Positions 16,421-32,988 of a stretch of 64,000 bases of DNA are shown here, in pieces. Each line of letters opens with the position of its first letter. Position 1 is the first letter of the stretch. The position numbers and the translations under genes were made by a program. Below the pieces are notes generated by a model that worked only from the letters and a program-made list of their open reading frames with translations, did not search any database and was not told the origin of the DNA. Location: assembly GCA_964016885.1 (NCBI GenBank), contig OZ024743.1:137206001-137270000 (forward strand), read 5' to 3'. This DNA comes from Eledone cirrhosa. Its lineage: Eukaryota.

Positions 16421-19400
16421 CAAAAACCAAACACCAAGCACCAAGTACCAAACACCAAGCACCAAGCACCAAACACCAAGCACCAAGCACCAATCACCAA
16501 ATACCAAGAACCAAGCACCAAACACCAAGCACCAAGCACCAAGCACCAGGCACCAAGCACCAAGCACCAAACACAAAACACCAAGCACCAAGCACCAAGC
16601 AGCAAACACCAAGCATCAAACACCAAACACCAAACACCAAGCACCAAACACCAAGCACCAAGCACCAAACACCAAACACCAAGCACCAAGCACCAAGCAC
16701 CAAACACCAAACACCAAGCACCAAACATCAGATACCAAGCACCAAGCACCAAACACCAAACACCAAGCATCAAGCACCAAACACCAAACAACAAGCACCA
16801 GGCACCAAGCACCAAACACCAAACACCAAGCACCAAGCACCAAACAACAAACACCAAGCATGCAGCATCAAACACCAAGCACCAAGCACCAAGCACCAAA
16901 CACCAAGCACCAAGCACCAAACGCCAACCACCAAACACAAAGCACCAAGCACCAAACACCAAGTACCAAGCACCAAACACCAGGCACCAAGCACAAACAC
17001 CAAACCACAAGCACCAAACACCAAACCCCAAGCACCAAGCACCAAACACTAATCACCAAGCACCAAGCACCAAACAACAAGCACCAAGCACCAAGCACCA
17101 GGCACCAAGCACCAAGCACCAAACACTAATCACCAAGCACCAAGCACCAAGCACCAAGCACCAAGCAGCAAGCAGCAAGCACCAAACACCAAACACCAAG
17201 CACCAAGCACCAAACACCAAGCACCAAGGACCAAACATCAAACACCAAGCACCAAGTACCAAACACCTAACACCAAGCACCAAGCACCAAGCACCAAGCA
17301 CCGAACACCAAGCACATAACACCAAGCACCAAACACCAAGAAACAAGCACCAGACACGAAGCACCAGGCACCAAGCACCAAACACCAAGCACCATGCACC
17401 AAGCACCAAGCCCCAAACACTTAACACCAAGCACCAAGCACCAAACACCAAGCACCAAGCACTAAACACCAATCACCAAACACAAAGCACCAAGCACCAA
17501 ACACCAAGCACCAAGCACCAAACACCAAGCACCAAGCACCAAACACCAAACCACAAGCACCAAACACCAAACACCAAACCCCAAGCACCAAGCACCAAAC
17601 ACTAATCACCAATACCAAGCACCAAACAACAAGCACCAAGCACCAAGCACCAGGCACCAAGCACCAAGCACCAAACACTAATCACCAAGCACCAAGCACC
17701 AAGCACCAAACACCAAGCACCAAGCACCAAGCACCAAACACCAAGCACCAAGCACCAAACACCAAACACCAAGATCCAAAGACCGAGCACCAAGCACCAA
17801 GCACCAAGCACCAAACAATAAGCACCAAGCACCAAACACCAAGCACCAAGCACCAAACACCAACCACCCAGCACCAAGCACCAAGCACCAAACACCAAGC
17901 ACCAAACACCAAACACCAAGCACCAAGCACCAAGCACGAAGCACCAAACACCAAGCACCAAGCACTAAGCACCAAACACCAAGCCCCAAGCACCAAGCAC
18001 CAAACACCAAACACCAAGCACCAAGCACCAAACACCAAGCACCAAGCACCAAGCACCTAGCACCAAACACCAAGCAGCAAGCAGCAAGCACCAAAGACCA
18101 AACACCAAGCACCAAGCACCAAACACCAAACACCAAGGACCAAACATCAAACACCAAGCACCAAGCACCAAACACCTAACACCAAGCACCAAGCACCAAG
18201 CACCAAGCACCAAGCACCGAACACCAAGCACCAAACACCAAGCACCAAACACCAAGCACCAAGCACCAAACACCAAGCACCAAACAACAAGCACCAAGCA
18301 CCAAGCACCAAACACCAAGCACCAGGCACCAGGCACCAAACACCAAGCACCATGCACCAAGCACCAAGCCCCAAACACTTAACACCAAGCACCAAGCACG
18401 AAACACCAAGCACCAAAAACCAAACACCAAGCACCAACTACTAAACACCAAGCACCAAGCACCAAACACCAAGCACCAAGCACCAATCACCAAACACCAA
18501 GAACCAAGCACCAAACACCAAGCACCAAGGACCAAGCAACAGGCATCAAGCACCAAGCACCAAACACAAAACACCAAGCACCAAGCACCAAGTAGCAAAC
18601 ACCAAGCATCAAACACCAAACACCAAACACCAAGCACCAAGCACCAAGCACCAACCACCAAACACCAAATCCCAAGCACCAAGCACCAAGCACCAAACAC
18701 CAAACACCAAGCACCAAACACCAAACAACAAGCACCAGGCACCAAGCACCAAACACCAAACACCAAGCAAACAGCATCAAAGACCAAGCACCAAGCACCA
18801 AACACCAAACACCAAGCACCAAACACCAGCCCCCAAGCACCAATCACCAAACACCAAACACCAAACACCAAGCACTAAGCACCAAACACCAAACAACAAG
18901 CAGCAGGCACCAAGCACCAAGCACCAAGCACCAAACACCAAGCACCAAGCAGCAAGCACTAAACACCAAGCACCAAGCACCAAACACCAATCACCAAAAA
19001 CCAAACACCAAGCACCAAGCACCAAACACCAAGCACCAAACACCAAGCACCAAACACCAAGCACCAAACACCAAGCACCAAACACCAAACACATAGCACC
19101 AAGCACCAAACACCAAACACCAAGCACCAAGCACCAAACACCAAGCACCAAGCACCAAGCCCCTAGCACCAAACAGAAAACACCAAGCAAAAAGCACAAA
19201 ACACCAAGCACCAAACACCAAACACCAAACACCAAGCAGCAAGCAGCAAGCACCAAACACCAAACACCAAGCACCAAGCACCAAATACCAAACACCAAGC
19301 ACCAAGGACCAAACATCAAACACCAAGCACCAAGCACCAAACGCCTAACACCAAACACCAAGCACCAAGCACCAAGCACCAAGCACCAAACACCAAGCAC

Positions 19401-22400
19401 CAATCACCAAACACCAAGCACCAAGCACCAAACACCAAGCACCAGGCACCAAGCACCAAAAACCAAGCACCAAGCACCAAACACCAAGCACCAAACACAA
19501 AGCACCAAGCACCAAACACCAAACCCCAAGCACCAAACACCAAACCTCAAGCACCAAGCACCAAACACTAATCACCAAGCACCAAGCACCAAACACCAAG
19601 CACAAAGCACCAAGCACCAGGCACCAAGCACCAAGCACCAAACACTAATCACCAAGCACCGAGCACCAAGCACCACACAATAAGCACCAAGCACCAAACA
19701 CCAAGCACCAAGCACCAAACACCAACCACCCAGCACCAAGCACCAAACACCAAGCACCAAACACCAAACACCAAACACCAACCACCAAGCACTAAGCACC
19801 AAACACCAAGCACCAAGCACTAAGCACCAAACACCAAGCCCCAAGGACCAAGCACCAAATACCAAACACCAAGTACCAAGCACCAAACACCAATCACCAA
19901 GCACCAAGCACCTAGCACCAAACACCAAACACCAAGCACCAAGCACCAAACACCAAGCACCAATCACCAAGCACCAAACACCAAGCAGCAAGCAGCAAGC
20001 ACCAAACACCAAACACCAAGAACCAAGCACCGAGCACCAAGCACCGAACACCAAGCACATTACACAAAGCACCAAACACCAAGCACCAAGTACCAAACAC
20101 CAAGCACCAAACACCAAGCACCAAGAACCAAGCAGCAAACACCAAGCACCAGGCACCAAGCACCAAACACCAAGCACCATGCACCAAGCACCAAGCCCCA
20201 AACACTTAACACCAAGCACCAAGCACCAAGCACCAAACTCCAATCACCAAAAACCAAACACCAAGCACCAAGTACCAAACACCAAGCACCAAGCACCAAA
20301 CACCAAGCACCAAGCACCAATCACCAAATACCAAGAACCAAGCACCAAACACCAAGCACCAAGCACCAAGCACCAGGCACCAAGCACCAAGCACCAAACA
20401 CAAAACACCAAGCACCAAGCACCAAGCAGCAAACACCAAGCATCAAACACCAAACACCAAACACCAAGCACCAAACACCAAGCACCAAGCACCAAACACC
20501 AAACACCAAGCACCAAGCACCAAGCACCAAACACCAAACACCAAGCACCAAACATCAGATACCAAGCACCAAGCACCAAACACCAAACACCAAGCATCAA
20601 GCACCAAACACCAAACAACAAGCACCAGGCACCAAGCACCAAACACCAAACACCAAGCACCAAGCACCAAACAACAAACACCAAGCATGCAGCATCAAAC
20701 ACCAAGCACCAAGCACCAAGCACCAAACACCAAGCACCAAGCACCAAACGCCAACCACCAAACACAAAGCACCAAGCACCAAACACCAAGTACCAAGCAC
20801 CAAACACCAGGCACCAAGCACAAACACCAAACCACAAGCACCAAACACCAAACCCCAAGCACCAAGCACCAAACACTAATCACCAAGCACCAAGCACCAA
20901 ACAACAAGCACCAAGCACCAAGCACCAGGCACCAAGCACCAAGCACCAAACACTAATCACCAAGCACCAAGCACCAAGCACCAAGCACCAAGCAGCAAGC
21001 AGCAAGCACCAAACACCAAACACCAAGCACCAAGCACCAAACACCAAGCACCAAGGACCAAACATCAAACACCAAGCACCAAGTACCAAACACCTAACAC
21101 CAAGCACCAAGCACCAAGCACCAAGCACCGAACACCAAGCACATAACACCAAGCACCAAACACCAAGAAACAAGCACCAGACACGAAGCACCAGGCACCA
21201 AGCACCAAACACCAAGCACCATGCACCAAGCACCAAGCCCCAAACACTTAACACCAAGCACCAAGCACCAAACACCAAGCACCAAGCACTAAACACCAAT
21301 CACCAAACACAAAGCACCAAGCACCAAACACCAAGCACCAAGCACCAAACACCAAGCACCAAGCACCAAACACCAAACCACAAGCACCAAACACCAAACA
21401 CCAAACCCCAAGCACCAAGCACCAAACACTAATCACCAATACCAAGCACCAAACAACAAGCACCAAGCACCAAGCACCAGGCACCAAGCACCAAGCACCA
21501 AACACTAATCACCAAGCACCAAGCACCAAGCACCAAACACCAAGCACCAAGCACCAAGCACCAAACACCAAGCACCAAGCACCAAACACCAAACACCAAG
21601 ATCCAAAGACCGAGCACCAAGCACCAAGCACCAAGCACCAAACAATAAGCACCAAGCACCAAACACCAAGCACCAAGCACCAAACACCAACCACCCAGCA
21701 CCAAGCACCAAGCACCAAACACCAAGCACCAAACACCAAACACCAAGCACCAAGCACCAAGCACGAAGCACCAAACACCAAGCACCAAGCACTAAGCACC
21801 AAACACCAAGCCCCAAGCACCAAGCACCAAACACCAAACACCAAGCACCAAGCACCAAACACCAAGCACCAAGCACCAAGCACCTAGCACCAAACACCAA
21901 GCAGCAAGCAGCAAGCACCAAAGACCAAACACCAAGCACCAAGCACCAAACACCAAACACCAAGGACCAAACATCAAACACCAAGCACCAAGCACCAAAC
22001 ACCTAACACCAAGCACCAAGCACCAAGCACCAAGCACCAAGCACCGAACACCAAGCACCAAACACCAAGCACCAAACACCAAGCACCAAGCACCAAACAC
22101 CAAGCACCAAACAACAAGCACCAAGCACCAAGCACCAAACACCAAGCACCAGGCACCAGGCACCAAACACCAAGCACCATGCACCAAGCACCAAGCCCCA
22201 AACACTTAACACCAAGCACCAAGCACGAAACACCAAGCACCAAAAACCAAACACCAAGCACCAACTACTAAACACCAAGCACCAAGCACCAAACACCAAG
22301 CACCAAGCACCAATCACCAAACACCAAGAACCAAGCACCAAACACCAAGCACCAAGGACCAAGCAACAGGCATCAAGCACCAAGCACCAAACACAAAACA

Positions 22401-22545
22401 CCAAGCACCAAGCACCAAGTAGCAAACACCAAGCATCAAACACCAAACACCAAACACCAAGCACCAAGCACCAAGCACCAACCACCAAACACCAAATCCC
22501 AAGCACCAAGCACCAAGCACCAAACACCAAACACCAAGCACCAAA
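14890..22545. repeat. Tandem duplication, 3827-bp unit, 2 near-identical copies
   Basis: Identical ORFs at 14950/18777, 15745/19572, 16352/20179, 17602/21429 and 18147/21974, all offset 3827. This equals 547x7-2, matching two 6-bp monomers per copy (~16992, ~17614). Confidence 0.92.
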
Positions 22546-23139
22546 CACCAAACACCAAGCACCAAGCACCAAACACCAAACAACAAGCACCAGGCACCAA
22601 GCACCAAACACCAAACACCAAGCAAACAGCATCAAAGACCAAGCACCAAGCACCAAACACCAAACACCAAGCACCAAACACCAGCCCCCAAGCACCAATC
22701 ACCAAACACCAAACACCAAGCACTAAGCACCAAACACCAAACAACAAGCAGCAGGCACCAAACACCAAGCACCAAACACCAAGCACCAAGAACCAAGCAG
22801 CAAACACCAAGCACCAGGCACCAAGCACCAAACACCAAGCACCATGCACCAAGCACCAAGCCCCAAACACTTAACACCAAGCACCAAGCACCAAGCACCA
22901 AACTCCAATCACCAAAAACCAAACACCAAGCACCAAGTACCAAACACCAAGCACCAAGCACCAAACACCAAGCACCAAGCACCAATCACCAAATACCAAG
23001 AACCAAGCACCAAACCCCAAGCACCAAGCACCAAGCACCAAACACCAAACACCAAGCACCAAACACCAAACACCAAGCACCAAGCACCAAACACCAAACA
23101 ACAAGCACCAGGCACCAAGCACCAAACACCAAACACCAA

Positions 23140-26100
23140 GCAAACAGCATCAAAGACCAAGCACCAAGCACCAAACACCAAACACCAAGCACCAAACACC
23201 AGCCCCCAAGCACCAATCACCAAACACCAAACACCAAGCACTAAGCACCAAACACCAAACAACAAGCAGCAGGCACCAAGCACCAAGCAGCAAGCACTAA
23301 ACACCAAGCACCAAGCACCAAGCACCAAGCACCAAGCACCAAACACCAAGCACCAAGCACCAAACAGCAAGCACCAAACACCAAGCACCAAACACCAAGC
23401 ACCAAACACCAAACACATAGCACCAAGCACCAAACACCAAACACCATGCACCAAGCACCAAACACCAAGCACCAAACACCAAGCCCCTAGCACCAAACAC
23501 AAAACACCAAGCAAAAAGCACAAAAAACCAAGCACCAATCACCAAACACCAAACACCAAGCAGCAAGCAGCAAGCACCAAACACCAAACACCAAGCACCA
23601 AGCACCAAATACCAAACACCAAGCACCAAGGACCAAACATCAAACACCAAGCACCAAGCACCAAACGCCTAACACCAAGCACCAAGCACCAAGCACCAAG
23701 CACCAAGCACCAAACACCAAGCACCAATCACCAAACACCAAGCACCAAGCACCAAACACCAAGCACCAGGCACCAAGCACCAAAAACCAAGCACCAAGCA
23801 CCAAACACCAAGCACCAAACACAAAGCACCAAGCACCAAACACCAAACCCCAAGCACCAAACACCAAACCTCAAGCACCAAGCACCAAACACTAATCACC
23901 AAGCACCAAGCACCAAACAACAAGCACAAAGCACCAAGCACCAGGCACCAAGCACCAAGCACCAAACACTAATCACCAAGCACCAAGCACCAAGCACCAC
24001 ACAATAAGCACCAAGCACCAAACACCAAGCACCAAGCACCAAACACCAACCACCCAGCACCAAGCACCAAACACCAAGCACCAAACACCAAACACCAAAC
24101 ACCAACCACCAAGCACTAAGCACCAAACACCAAGCACCAAGCACTAAGCACCAAACACCAAGCCCCAAGGACCAAGCACCAAATACCAAACACCAAGTAC
24201 CAAGCACCAAACACCAAGCACCAAGCACCAAGCACCTAGCACCAAACACCAAACACCAAGCACCAAGCACCAAACACCAAGCACCAATCACCAAGCACCA
24301 AACACCAAGCAGCAAGCAGCAAGCACCAAACACCAAACACCAAGAACCAAGCACCGAGCACCAAGCACCGAACACCAAGCACATTACACAAAGCACCAAA
24401 CACCAAGCACCAAGTACCAAACACCAAGCACCAAACACCAAGCACCAAGAACCAAGCAGCAAACACCAAGCACCAGGCACCAAGCACCAAACACCAAGCA
24501 CCATGCACCAAGCACCAAGCCCCAAACACTTAACACCAAGCACCAAGCACCAAGCACCAAACTCCAATCACCAAAAACCAAACACCAAGCACCAAGTACC
24601 AAACACCAAGCACCAAGCACCAAACACCAAGCACCAAGCACCAATCACCAAATACCAAGAACCAAGCACCAAACACCAAGCACCAAGCACCAAGCACCAG
24701 GCACCAAGCACCAAGCACCAAACACAAAACACCAAGCACCAAGCACCAAGCAGCAAACACCAAGCATCAAACACCAAACACCAAACACCAAGCACCAAAC
24801 ACCAAGCACCAAGCACCAAACACCAAACACCAAGCACCAAGCACCAAGCACCAAACACCAAACACCAAGCACCAAACATCAGATACCAAGCACCAAGCAC
24901 CAAACACCAAACACCAAGCATCAAGCACCAAACACCAAACAACAAGCACCAGGCACCAAGCACCAAACACCAAACACCAAGCACCAAGCACCAAACAACA
25001 AACACCAAGCATGCAGCATCAAACACCAAGCACCAAGCACCAAGCACCAAACACCAAGCACCAAGCACCAAACGCCAACCACCAAACACAAAGCACCAAG
25101 CACCAAACACCAAGTACCAAGCACCAAACACCAAGCACCAAGCACAAACACCAAACCACAAGCACCAAACACCAAACCCCAAGCACCAAGCACCAAACAC
25201 TAATCACCAAGCACCAAGCACCAAACAACAAGCACCAAGCACCAAGCACCAGGCACCAAGCACCAAGCACCAAACACTAATCACCAAGCACCAAGCACCA
25301 AGCACCAAGCACCAAACACCAAGCAGCAAGCAGCAAGCACCAAACACCAAACACCAAGCACCAAGCACCAAACACCAAGCACCAAGGACCAAACATCAAA
25401 CACCAAGCACCAAGCACCAAACACCTAACACCAAGCACCAAGCACCAAGCACCAAGCACCGAACACCAAGCACATAACACCAAGCACCAAACACCAAGAA
25501 ACAAGCACCAGACACGAAGCACCAGGCACCAAGCACCAAACACCAAGCACCATGCACCAAGCACCAAGCCCCAAACACTTAACACCAAGCACCAAGCACC
25601 AAACACCAATCACCAAAAACCAAACACCAAGCACCAAGTACCAAACACCAAGCACCAAGCACCAAACAACAAGCACCAAGCACCAATCACCAAACACCAA
25701 GAACCAAGCACCAAACACCAAGCACCAAGCACCAAGCACCAGGCACCAAGCACCAAGCACCAAACACAAAACACCAAGCACCAAGCACCAAGCAGCAAAC
25801 ACCAAGCATCAAACACCAAACACCAAACACCAAGCACCAAACACCAAGCACCAAGCACGAAACACGAAACACCAAGCACCAAGCACCAAGCACCAAACAC
25901 CAAACACCAAGCACCAAACACCAGATACCAAGCACCAAGCACCAAACACCAAACACCAAGCACCAAGCACCAAACACCAAACAACAAGCACCAGGCACCA
26001 AGCACCAAACACCAAACACCAAGCACCAAGCACCAAACACCAAACACCAAGCACGCAGCATCAAACACCAAGCACCAAGCACCAAGCACCAAACACCAAG

Positions 26101-28800
26101 CACCAAGCACTAAACACCAATCACCAAACACAAAGCACCAAGCACCAAACACCAAGCACCAAGCACCAAACACCAAGCACCAAGCACCAAACACCAAACC
26201 ACAAGCACCAAACACCAAACACCAAACCCCAAGCACCAAGCACCAAACACTAATCACCAAGCACCAAGCACCAAACAACAAGCACCAAGCACCAAGCACC
26301 AGGCACCAAGCACCAAGCACCAAACACTAATCACCAAGCACCAAGCACCAAGCACCAAACACCAAGCACCAAGCACCAAGCACCAAACACCAAGCACCAA
26401 GCACCAAACACCAAACACCAAGATCCAAAGACCGAGCACCAAGCACCAAGCACCAAGCACCAAACAATAAGCACCAAGCACCAAACACCAAGCACCAAGC
26501 ACCAAACACCAACCACCCAGCACCAAGCACCAAGCACCAAACACCAAGCACCAAACACCAAACACCAAGCACCAAGCACCAAGCACGAAGCACCAAACAC
26601 CAAGCACCAAGCACTAAGCACCAAACACCAAGCCCCAAGCACCAAGCACCAAACACCAAACACCAAGCACCAAGCACCAAACACCAAGCACCAAGCACCA
26701 AGCAAACAGCATCAAAGACCAAGCACCAAGCACCAAACACCAAACACCAAGCACCAAACACCAGCCCCCAAGCACCAATCACCAAACACCAAACACCAAG
26801 CACTAAGCACCAAACACCAAACAACAAGCAGCAGGCACCAAGCACCAAGCAGCAAGCACTAAACACCAAGCACCAAGCACCAAGCACCAAGCACCAAGCA
26901 CCAAACACCAAGCACCAAGCACCAAACAGCAAGCACCAAACACCAAGCACCAAACACCAAGCACCAAACACCAAACACATAGCACCAAGCACCAAACACC
27001 AAACACCATGCACCAAGCACCAAACACCAAGCACCAAGCACCAAGCCCCTAGCACCAAACACAAAACACCAAGCAAAAAGCACAAAACACCAAGCACCAA
27101 TCACCAAACACCAAACACCAAGCAGCAAGCAGCAAGCACCAAACACCAAACACCAAGCACCAAGCACCAAATACCAAACACCAAGCACCAAGGACCAAAC
27201 ATCAAACACCAAGCACCAAGCACCAAACGCCTAACACCAAGCACCAAGCACCAAGCACCAAGCACCAAGCACCAAACACCAAGCACCAATCACCAAACAC
27301 CAAGCACCAAGCACCAAACACCAAGCACCAGGCACCAAGCACCAAAAACCAAGCACCAAGCACCAAACACCAAGCACCAAACACAAAGCACCAAGCACCA
27401 AACACCAAACCCCAAGCACCAAACACCAAACCTCAAGCACCAAGCACCAAACACTAATCACCAAGCACCAAGCACCAAACAACAAGCACAAAGCACCAAG
27501 CACCAGGCACCAAGCACCAAGCACCAAACACTAATCACCAAGCACCAAGCACCAAGCACCACACAATAAGCACCAAGCACCAAACACCAAGCACCAAGCA
27601 CCAAACACCAACCACCCAGCACCAAGCACCAAACACCAAGCACCAAACACCAAACACCAAACACCAACCACCAAGCACTAAGCACCAAACACCAAGCACC
27701 AAGCACCAAATACCAAACACCAAGTACCAAGCACCAAACACCAAGCACCAAGCACCAAGCACCTAGCACCAAACACCAAACACCAAGCACCAAGCACCAA
27801 ACACCAAGCACCAATCACCAAGCACCAAACACCAAGCAGCAAGCAGCAAGCACCAAACACCAAACACCAAGAACCAAGCACCGAGCACCAAGCACCGAAC
27901 ACCAAGCACATTACACAAAGCACCAAACACCAAGCACCAAGTACCAAACACCAAGCACCAAACACCAAGCACCAAGAACCAAGCAGCAAACACCAAGCAC
28001 CAGGCACCAAGCACCAAACACCAAGCACCATGCACCAAGCACCAAGCCCCAAACACTTAACACCAAGCACCAAGAACCAAGCACCAAACTCCAATCACCA
28101 AAAACCAAACACCAAGCACCAAGTACCAAACACCAAGCACCAAGCACCAAACACCAAGCACCAAGCACCAATCACCAAATACCAAGAACCAAGCACCAAA
28201 CACCAAGCACCAAGCACCAAGCACCAGGCACCAAGCACCAAGCACCAAACACAAAACACCAGCACCAAGCACCAAGCAGCAAACACCAAGCATCAAACAC
28301 CAAACACCAAACACCAAGCACCAAACACCAAGCACCAAGCACCAAACACCAAACACCAGGCACCAAGCACCAAGCACCAAACACCAAACACCAAGCACCA
28401 AACATCAGATACCAAGCACCAAGCACCAAACACCAAACACCAAGCATCAAGCACCAAACACCAAACAACAAGCACCAGGCACCAAGCACCAAACACTAAA
28501 CACCAAGCACCAAGCACCAAACAACAAACACCAAGCATGCAGCATCAAACACCAAGCACCAAGCACCAAGCACCAAACACCAAGCACCAAGCACCAAACG
28601 CCAACCACCAAACACAAAGCACCAAGCACCAAACACCAAGTACCAAGCACCAAACACCAAGCACCAAGCACAAACACCAAACCACAAGCACCAAACACCA
28701 AACCCCAAGCACCAAGCACCAAACACTAATCACCAAGCACCAAGCACCAAACAACAAGCACCAAGCACCAAGCACCAGGCACCAAGCACCAAGCACCAAA
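23140..28800. repeat. Tandem higher-order repeat, ~3.56-kb unit (second copy partial, with deletions)
   Basis: ORFs 23241/26803, 23539/27101 and 23640/27202 are offset 3562 (509x7-1). The offset drops to 3527/3526 downstream (24503/28030; 24921/28447). Confidence 0.8.
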
Positions 28801-31800
28801 CACTAATCACCAAGCACCAAGCACCAAGCACCAAGCACCAAACACCAAGCAGCAAGCAGCAAGCACCAAACACCAAACACCAAACACCAAGCACCAAACA
28901 CCAAGCACCAAGCACCAAACACCAAACACCAAGCACCAAGCACCAAGCACCAAACACCAAACACCAAGCACCAAACATCAGATACCAAGCACCAAGCACC
29001 AAACACCAAACACCAAGCATCAAGCACCAAACACCAAACAACAAGCACCAGGCACCAAGCACCAAACACCAAACACCAAGCACCAAGCACCAAACAACAA
29101 ACACCAAGCATGCAGCATCAAACACCAAGCACCAAGCACCAAGCACCAAACACCAAGCACCAAGCACCCTACGCCAACCACCAAACACAAAGCACCAAGC
29201 ACCAAACACCAAGTACCAAGCACCAAACACCAAGCACCAAGCACAAACACCAAACCACAAGCACCAAACACCAAACCCCAAGCACCAAGCACCAAACACT
29301 AATCACCAAGCACCAAGCACCAAACAACAAGCACCAAGCACCAAGCACCAGGCACCAAGCACCAAGCACCAAACACTAATCACCAAGCACCAAGCACCAA
29401 GCACCAAGCACCAAACACCAAGCAGCAAGCAGCAAGCACCAAACACCAAACACCAAGCACCAAGCACCAAACACCAAGCACCAAGGACCAAACATCAAAC
29501 ACCAAGCACCAAGCACCAAACACCTAACACCAAGCACCAAGCACCAAGCACCAAGCACCGAACACCAAGCACATAACACCAAGCACCAAACACCAAGAAA
29601 CAAGCACCAGACACGAAGCACCAGGCACCAAGCACCAAACACCAAGCACCATGCACCAAGCACCAAGCCCCAAACACTTAACACCAAGCACCAAGCACCA
29701 AACACCAATCACCAAAAACCAAACGCCAAGCACCAAGTACCAAACACCAAGCACCAAGCACCAAACAACAAGCACCAAGCACCAATCACCAAACACCAAG
29801 AACCAAGCACCAAACACCAAGCACCAAGCACCAAGCACCAGGCACCAAGCACCAAGCACCAAACACAAAACACCAAGCACCAAGCACCAAGCAGCAAACA
29901 CCAAGCATCAAACACCAAGAACCAAGCACCAAACACCAAGCACCAAGGACCAAGCAACAGGCATCAAGCACCAAGCACCAAACACAAAACACCAAGCACC
30001 AAGCACCAAGTAGCAAACACCAAGCATCAAACACCAAACACCAAACACCAAACACCAAGCAGCAAGCAGCAAGCACCAAACACCAAACACCAAGCACCAA
30101 GCACCAAATACCAAACACCAAGCACCAAGGACCAAACATCAAACACCAAGCACCAAGCACCAAACGCCTAACACCAAGCACCAAGCACCAAGCACCAAGC
30201 ACCAAGCACCAAACACCAAGCACCAATCACCAAACACCAAGCACCAAGCACCAAACACCAAGCACCAGGCACCAAGCACCAAAAACCAAGCACCAAGCAC
30301 CAAACACCAAGCACCAAACACAAAGCACCAAGCACCAAACACCAAACCCCAAGCACCAAACACCAAACCTCAAGCACCAAGCACCAAACACTAATCACCA
30401 AGCACCAAGCACCAAACAACAAGCACAAAGCACCAAGCACCAGGCACCAAGCACCAAGCACCAAACACTAATCACCAAGCACCAAGCACCAAGCACCACA
30501 CAATAAGCACCAAGCACCAAACACCAAGCACCAAGCACCAAACACCAACCACCCAGCACCAAGCACCAAACACCAAGCACCAAACACCAAACACCAAACA
30601 CCAACCACCAAGCACTAAGCACCAAACACCAAGCACCAAGCACCAAATACCAAACACCAAGTACCAAGCACCAAACACCAAGCACCAAGCACCAAGCACC
30701 TAGCACCAAACACCAAACACCAAGCACCAAGCACCAAACACCAAGCACCAATCACCAAGCACCAAACACCAAGCAGCAAGCAGCAAGCACCAAACACCAA
30801 ACACCAAGAACCAAGCACCGAGCACCAAGCACCGAACACCAAGCACATTACACAAAGCACCAAACACCAAGCACCAAGTACCAAACACCAAGCACCAAAC
30901 ACCAAGCACCAAGAACCAAGCAGCAAACACCAAGCACCAGGCACCAAGCACCAAACACCAAGCACCATGCACCAAGCACCAAGCCCCAAACACTTAACAC
31001 CAAGCACCAAGCACTAAGCACCAAACTCCAATCACCAAAAACCAAACACCAAGCACCAAGTACCAAACACCAAGCACCAAGCACCAAACACCAAGCACCA
31101 AGCACCAATCACCAAATACCAAGAACCAAGCACCAAACACCAAGCACCAAGCACCAAGCACCAGGCACCAAGCACCAAGCACCAAACACAAAACACCAGC
31201 ACCAAGCACCAAGCAGCAAACACCAAGCATCAAACACCAAACACCAAACACCAAGCACCAAACACCAAGCACCAAGCACCAAACACCAAACACCAGGCAC
31301 CAAGCACCAAGCACCAAACACCAAACACCAAGCACCAAACATCAGATACCAAGCACCAAGCACCAAACACCAAACACCAAGCATCAAGCACCAAACACCA
31401 AACAACAAGCACCAGGCACCAAGCACCAAACACTAAACACCAAGCACCAAGCACCAAACAACAAACACCAAGCATGCAGCATCAAACACCAAGCACCAAG
31501 CACCAAGCACCAAACACCAAGCACCAAGCACCAAACGCCAACCACCAAACACAAAGCACCAAGCACCAAACACCAAGTACCAAGCACCAAACACCAAGCA
31601 CCAAGCACAAACACCAAACCACAAGCACCAAACACCAAACCCCAAGCACCAAGCACCAAACACTAATCACCAAGCACCAAGCACCAAACAACAAGCACCA
31701 AGCACCAAGCACCAGGCACCAAGCACCAAGCACCAAACACTAATCACCAAGCACCAAGCACCAAGCACCAAGCACCAAACACCAAGCAGCAAGCAGCAAG

Positions 31801-32988
31801 CACCAAACACCAAACACCAAACACCAAGCACCAAACACCAAGCACCAAGCACCAAACACCAAACACCAAGCACCAAGCACCAAGCACCAAACACCAAACA
31901 CCAAGCACCAAACATCAGATACCAAGCACCAAGCACCAAACACCAAACACCAAGCATCAAGCACCAAACACCAAACAACAAGCACCAGGCACCAAGCACC
32001 AAACACCAAACACCAAGCACCAAGCACCAAACAACAAACACCAAGCATGCAGCATCAAACACCAAGCACCAAGCACCAAGCACCAAACACCAAGCACCAA
32101 GCACCCTACGCCAACCACCAAACACAAAGCACCAAGCACCAAACACCAAGTACCAAGCACCAAACACCAAGCACCAAGCACAAACACCAAACCACAAGCA
32201 CCAAACACCAAACCCCAAGCACCAAGCACCAAACACTAATCACCAAGCACCAAGCACCAAACAACAAGCACCAAGTACCAAGCACCAGGCACCAAGCACC
32301 AAGCACCAAACACTAATCACCAAGCACCAAGCACCAAGCACCAAGCACCAAACACCAAGCAGCAAGCAGCAAGCACCAAACACCAAACACCAAGCACCAA
32401 GCACCAAACACCAAGCACCAAGGACCAAACATCAAACACCAAGCACCAAGCACCAAACACCTAACACCAAGCACCAAGCACCAAGCACCAAGCACCGAAC
32501 ACCAAGCACATAACACCAAGCACCAAACACCAAGAAACAAGCACCAGACACGAAGCACCAGGCACCAAGCACCAAACACCAAGCACCATGCACCAAGCAC
32601 CAAGCCCCAAACACTTAACACCAAGCACCAAGCACCAAACACCAATCACCAAAAACCAAACGCCAAGCACCAAGTACCAAACACCAAGCACCAAGCACCA
32701 AACAACAAGCACCAAGCACCAATCACCAAACACCAAGAACCAAGCACCAAACACCAAGCACCAAGCACCAAGCACCAGGCACCAAGCACCAAGCACCAAA
32801 CACAAAACACCAAGCACCAAGCACCAAGCAGCAAACACCAAGCATCAAACACCAAGAACCAAGCACCAAACACCAAGCACCAAGGACCAAGCAACAGGCA
32901 TCAAGCACCAAGCACCAAACACAAAACACCAAGCACCAAGCACCAAGTAGCAAACACCAAGCATCAAACACCAAACACCAAACACCAA
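27102..32988. repeat. Tandem duplication, 2937-bp unit, 2 copies
   Basis: ORFs 27202/30139, 28057/30994, 28730/31667 and 29651/32588 are offset 2937 (420x7-3, three 6-bp monomers per copy). Private marker CACCCTACGCCAAC at 29165 and 32102. Confidence 0.92.

Noticed and set aside
16352-17605. Plus-strand 417-aa HQAPSTK ORF (and the similar 387- and 457-aa ORFs) as a mucin/extensin-like or Pol II CTD-like heptad protein
   Set aside because: The DNA period is 7 nt rather than a codon multiple, there is no synonymous-site pattern, signal peptide or flanking gene structure, and the ATG is merely the CACCATG variant monomer.
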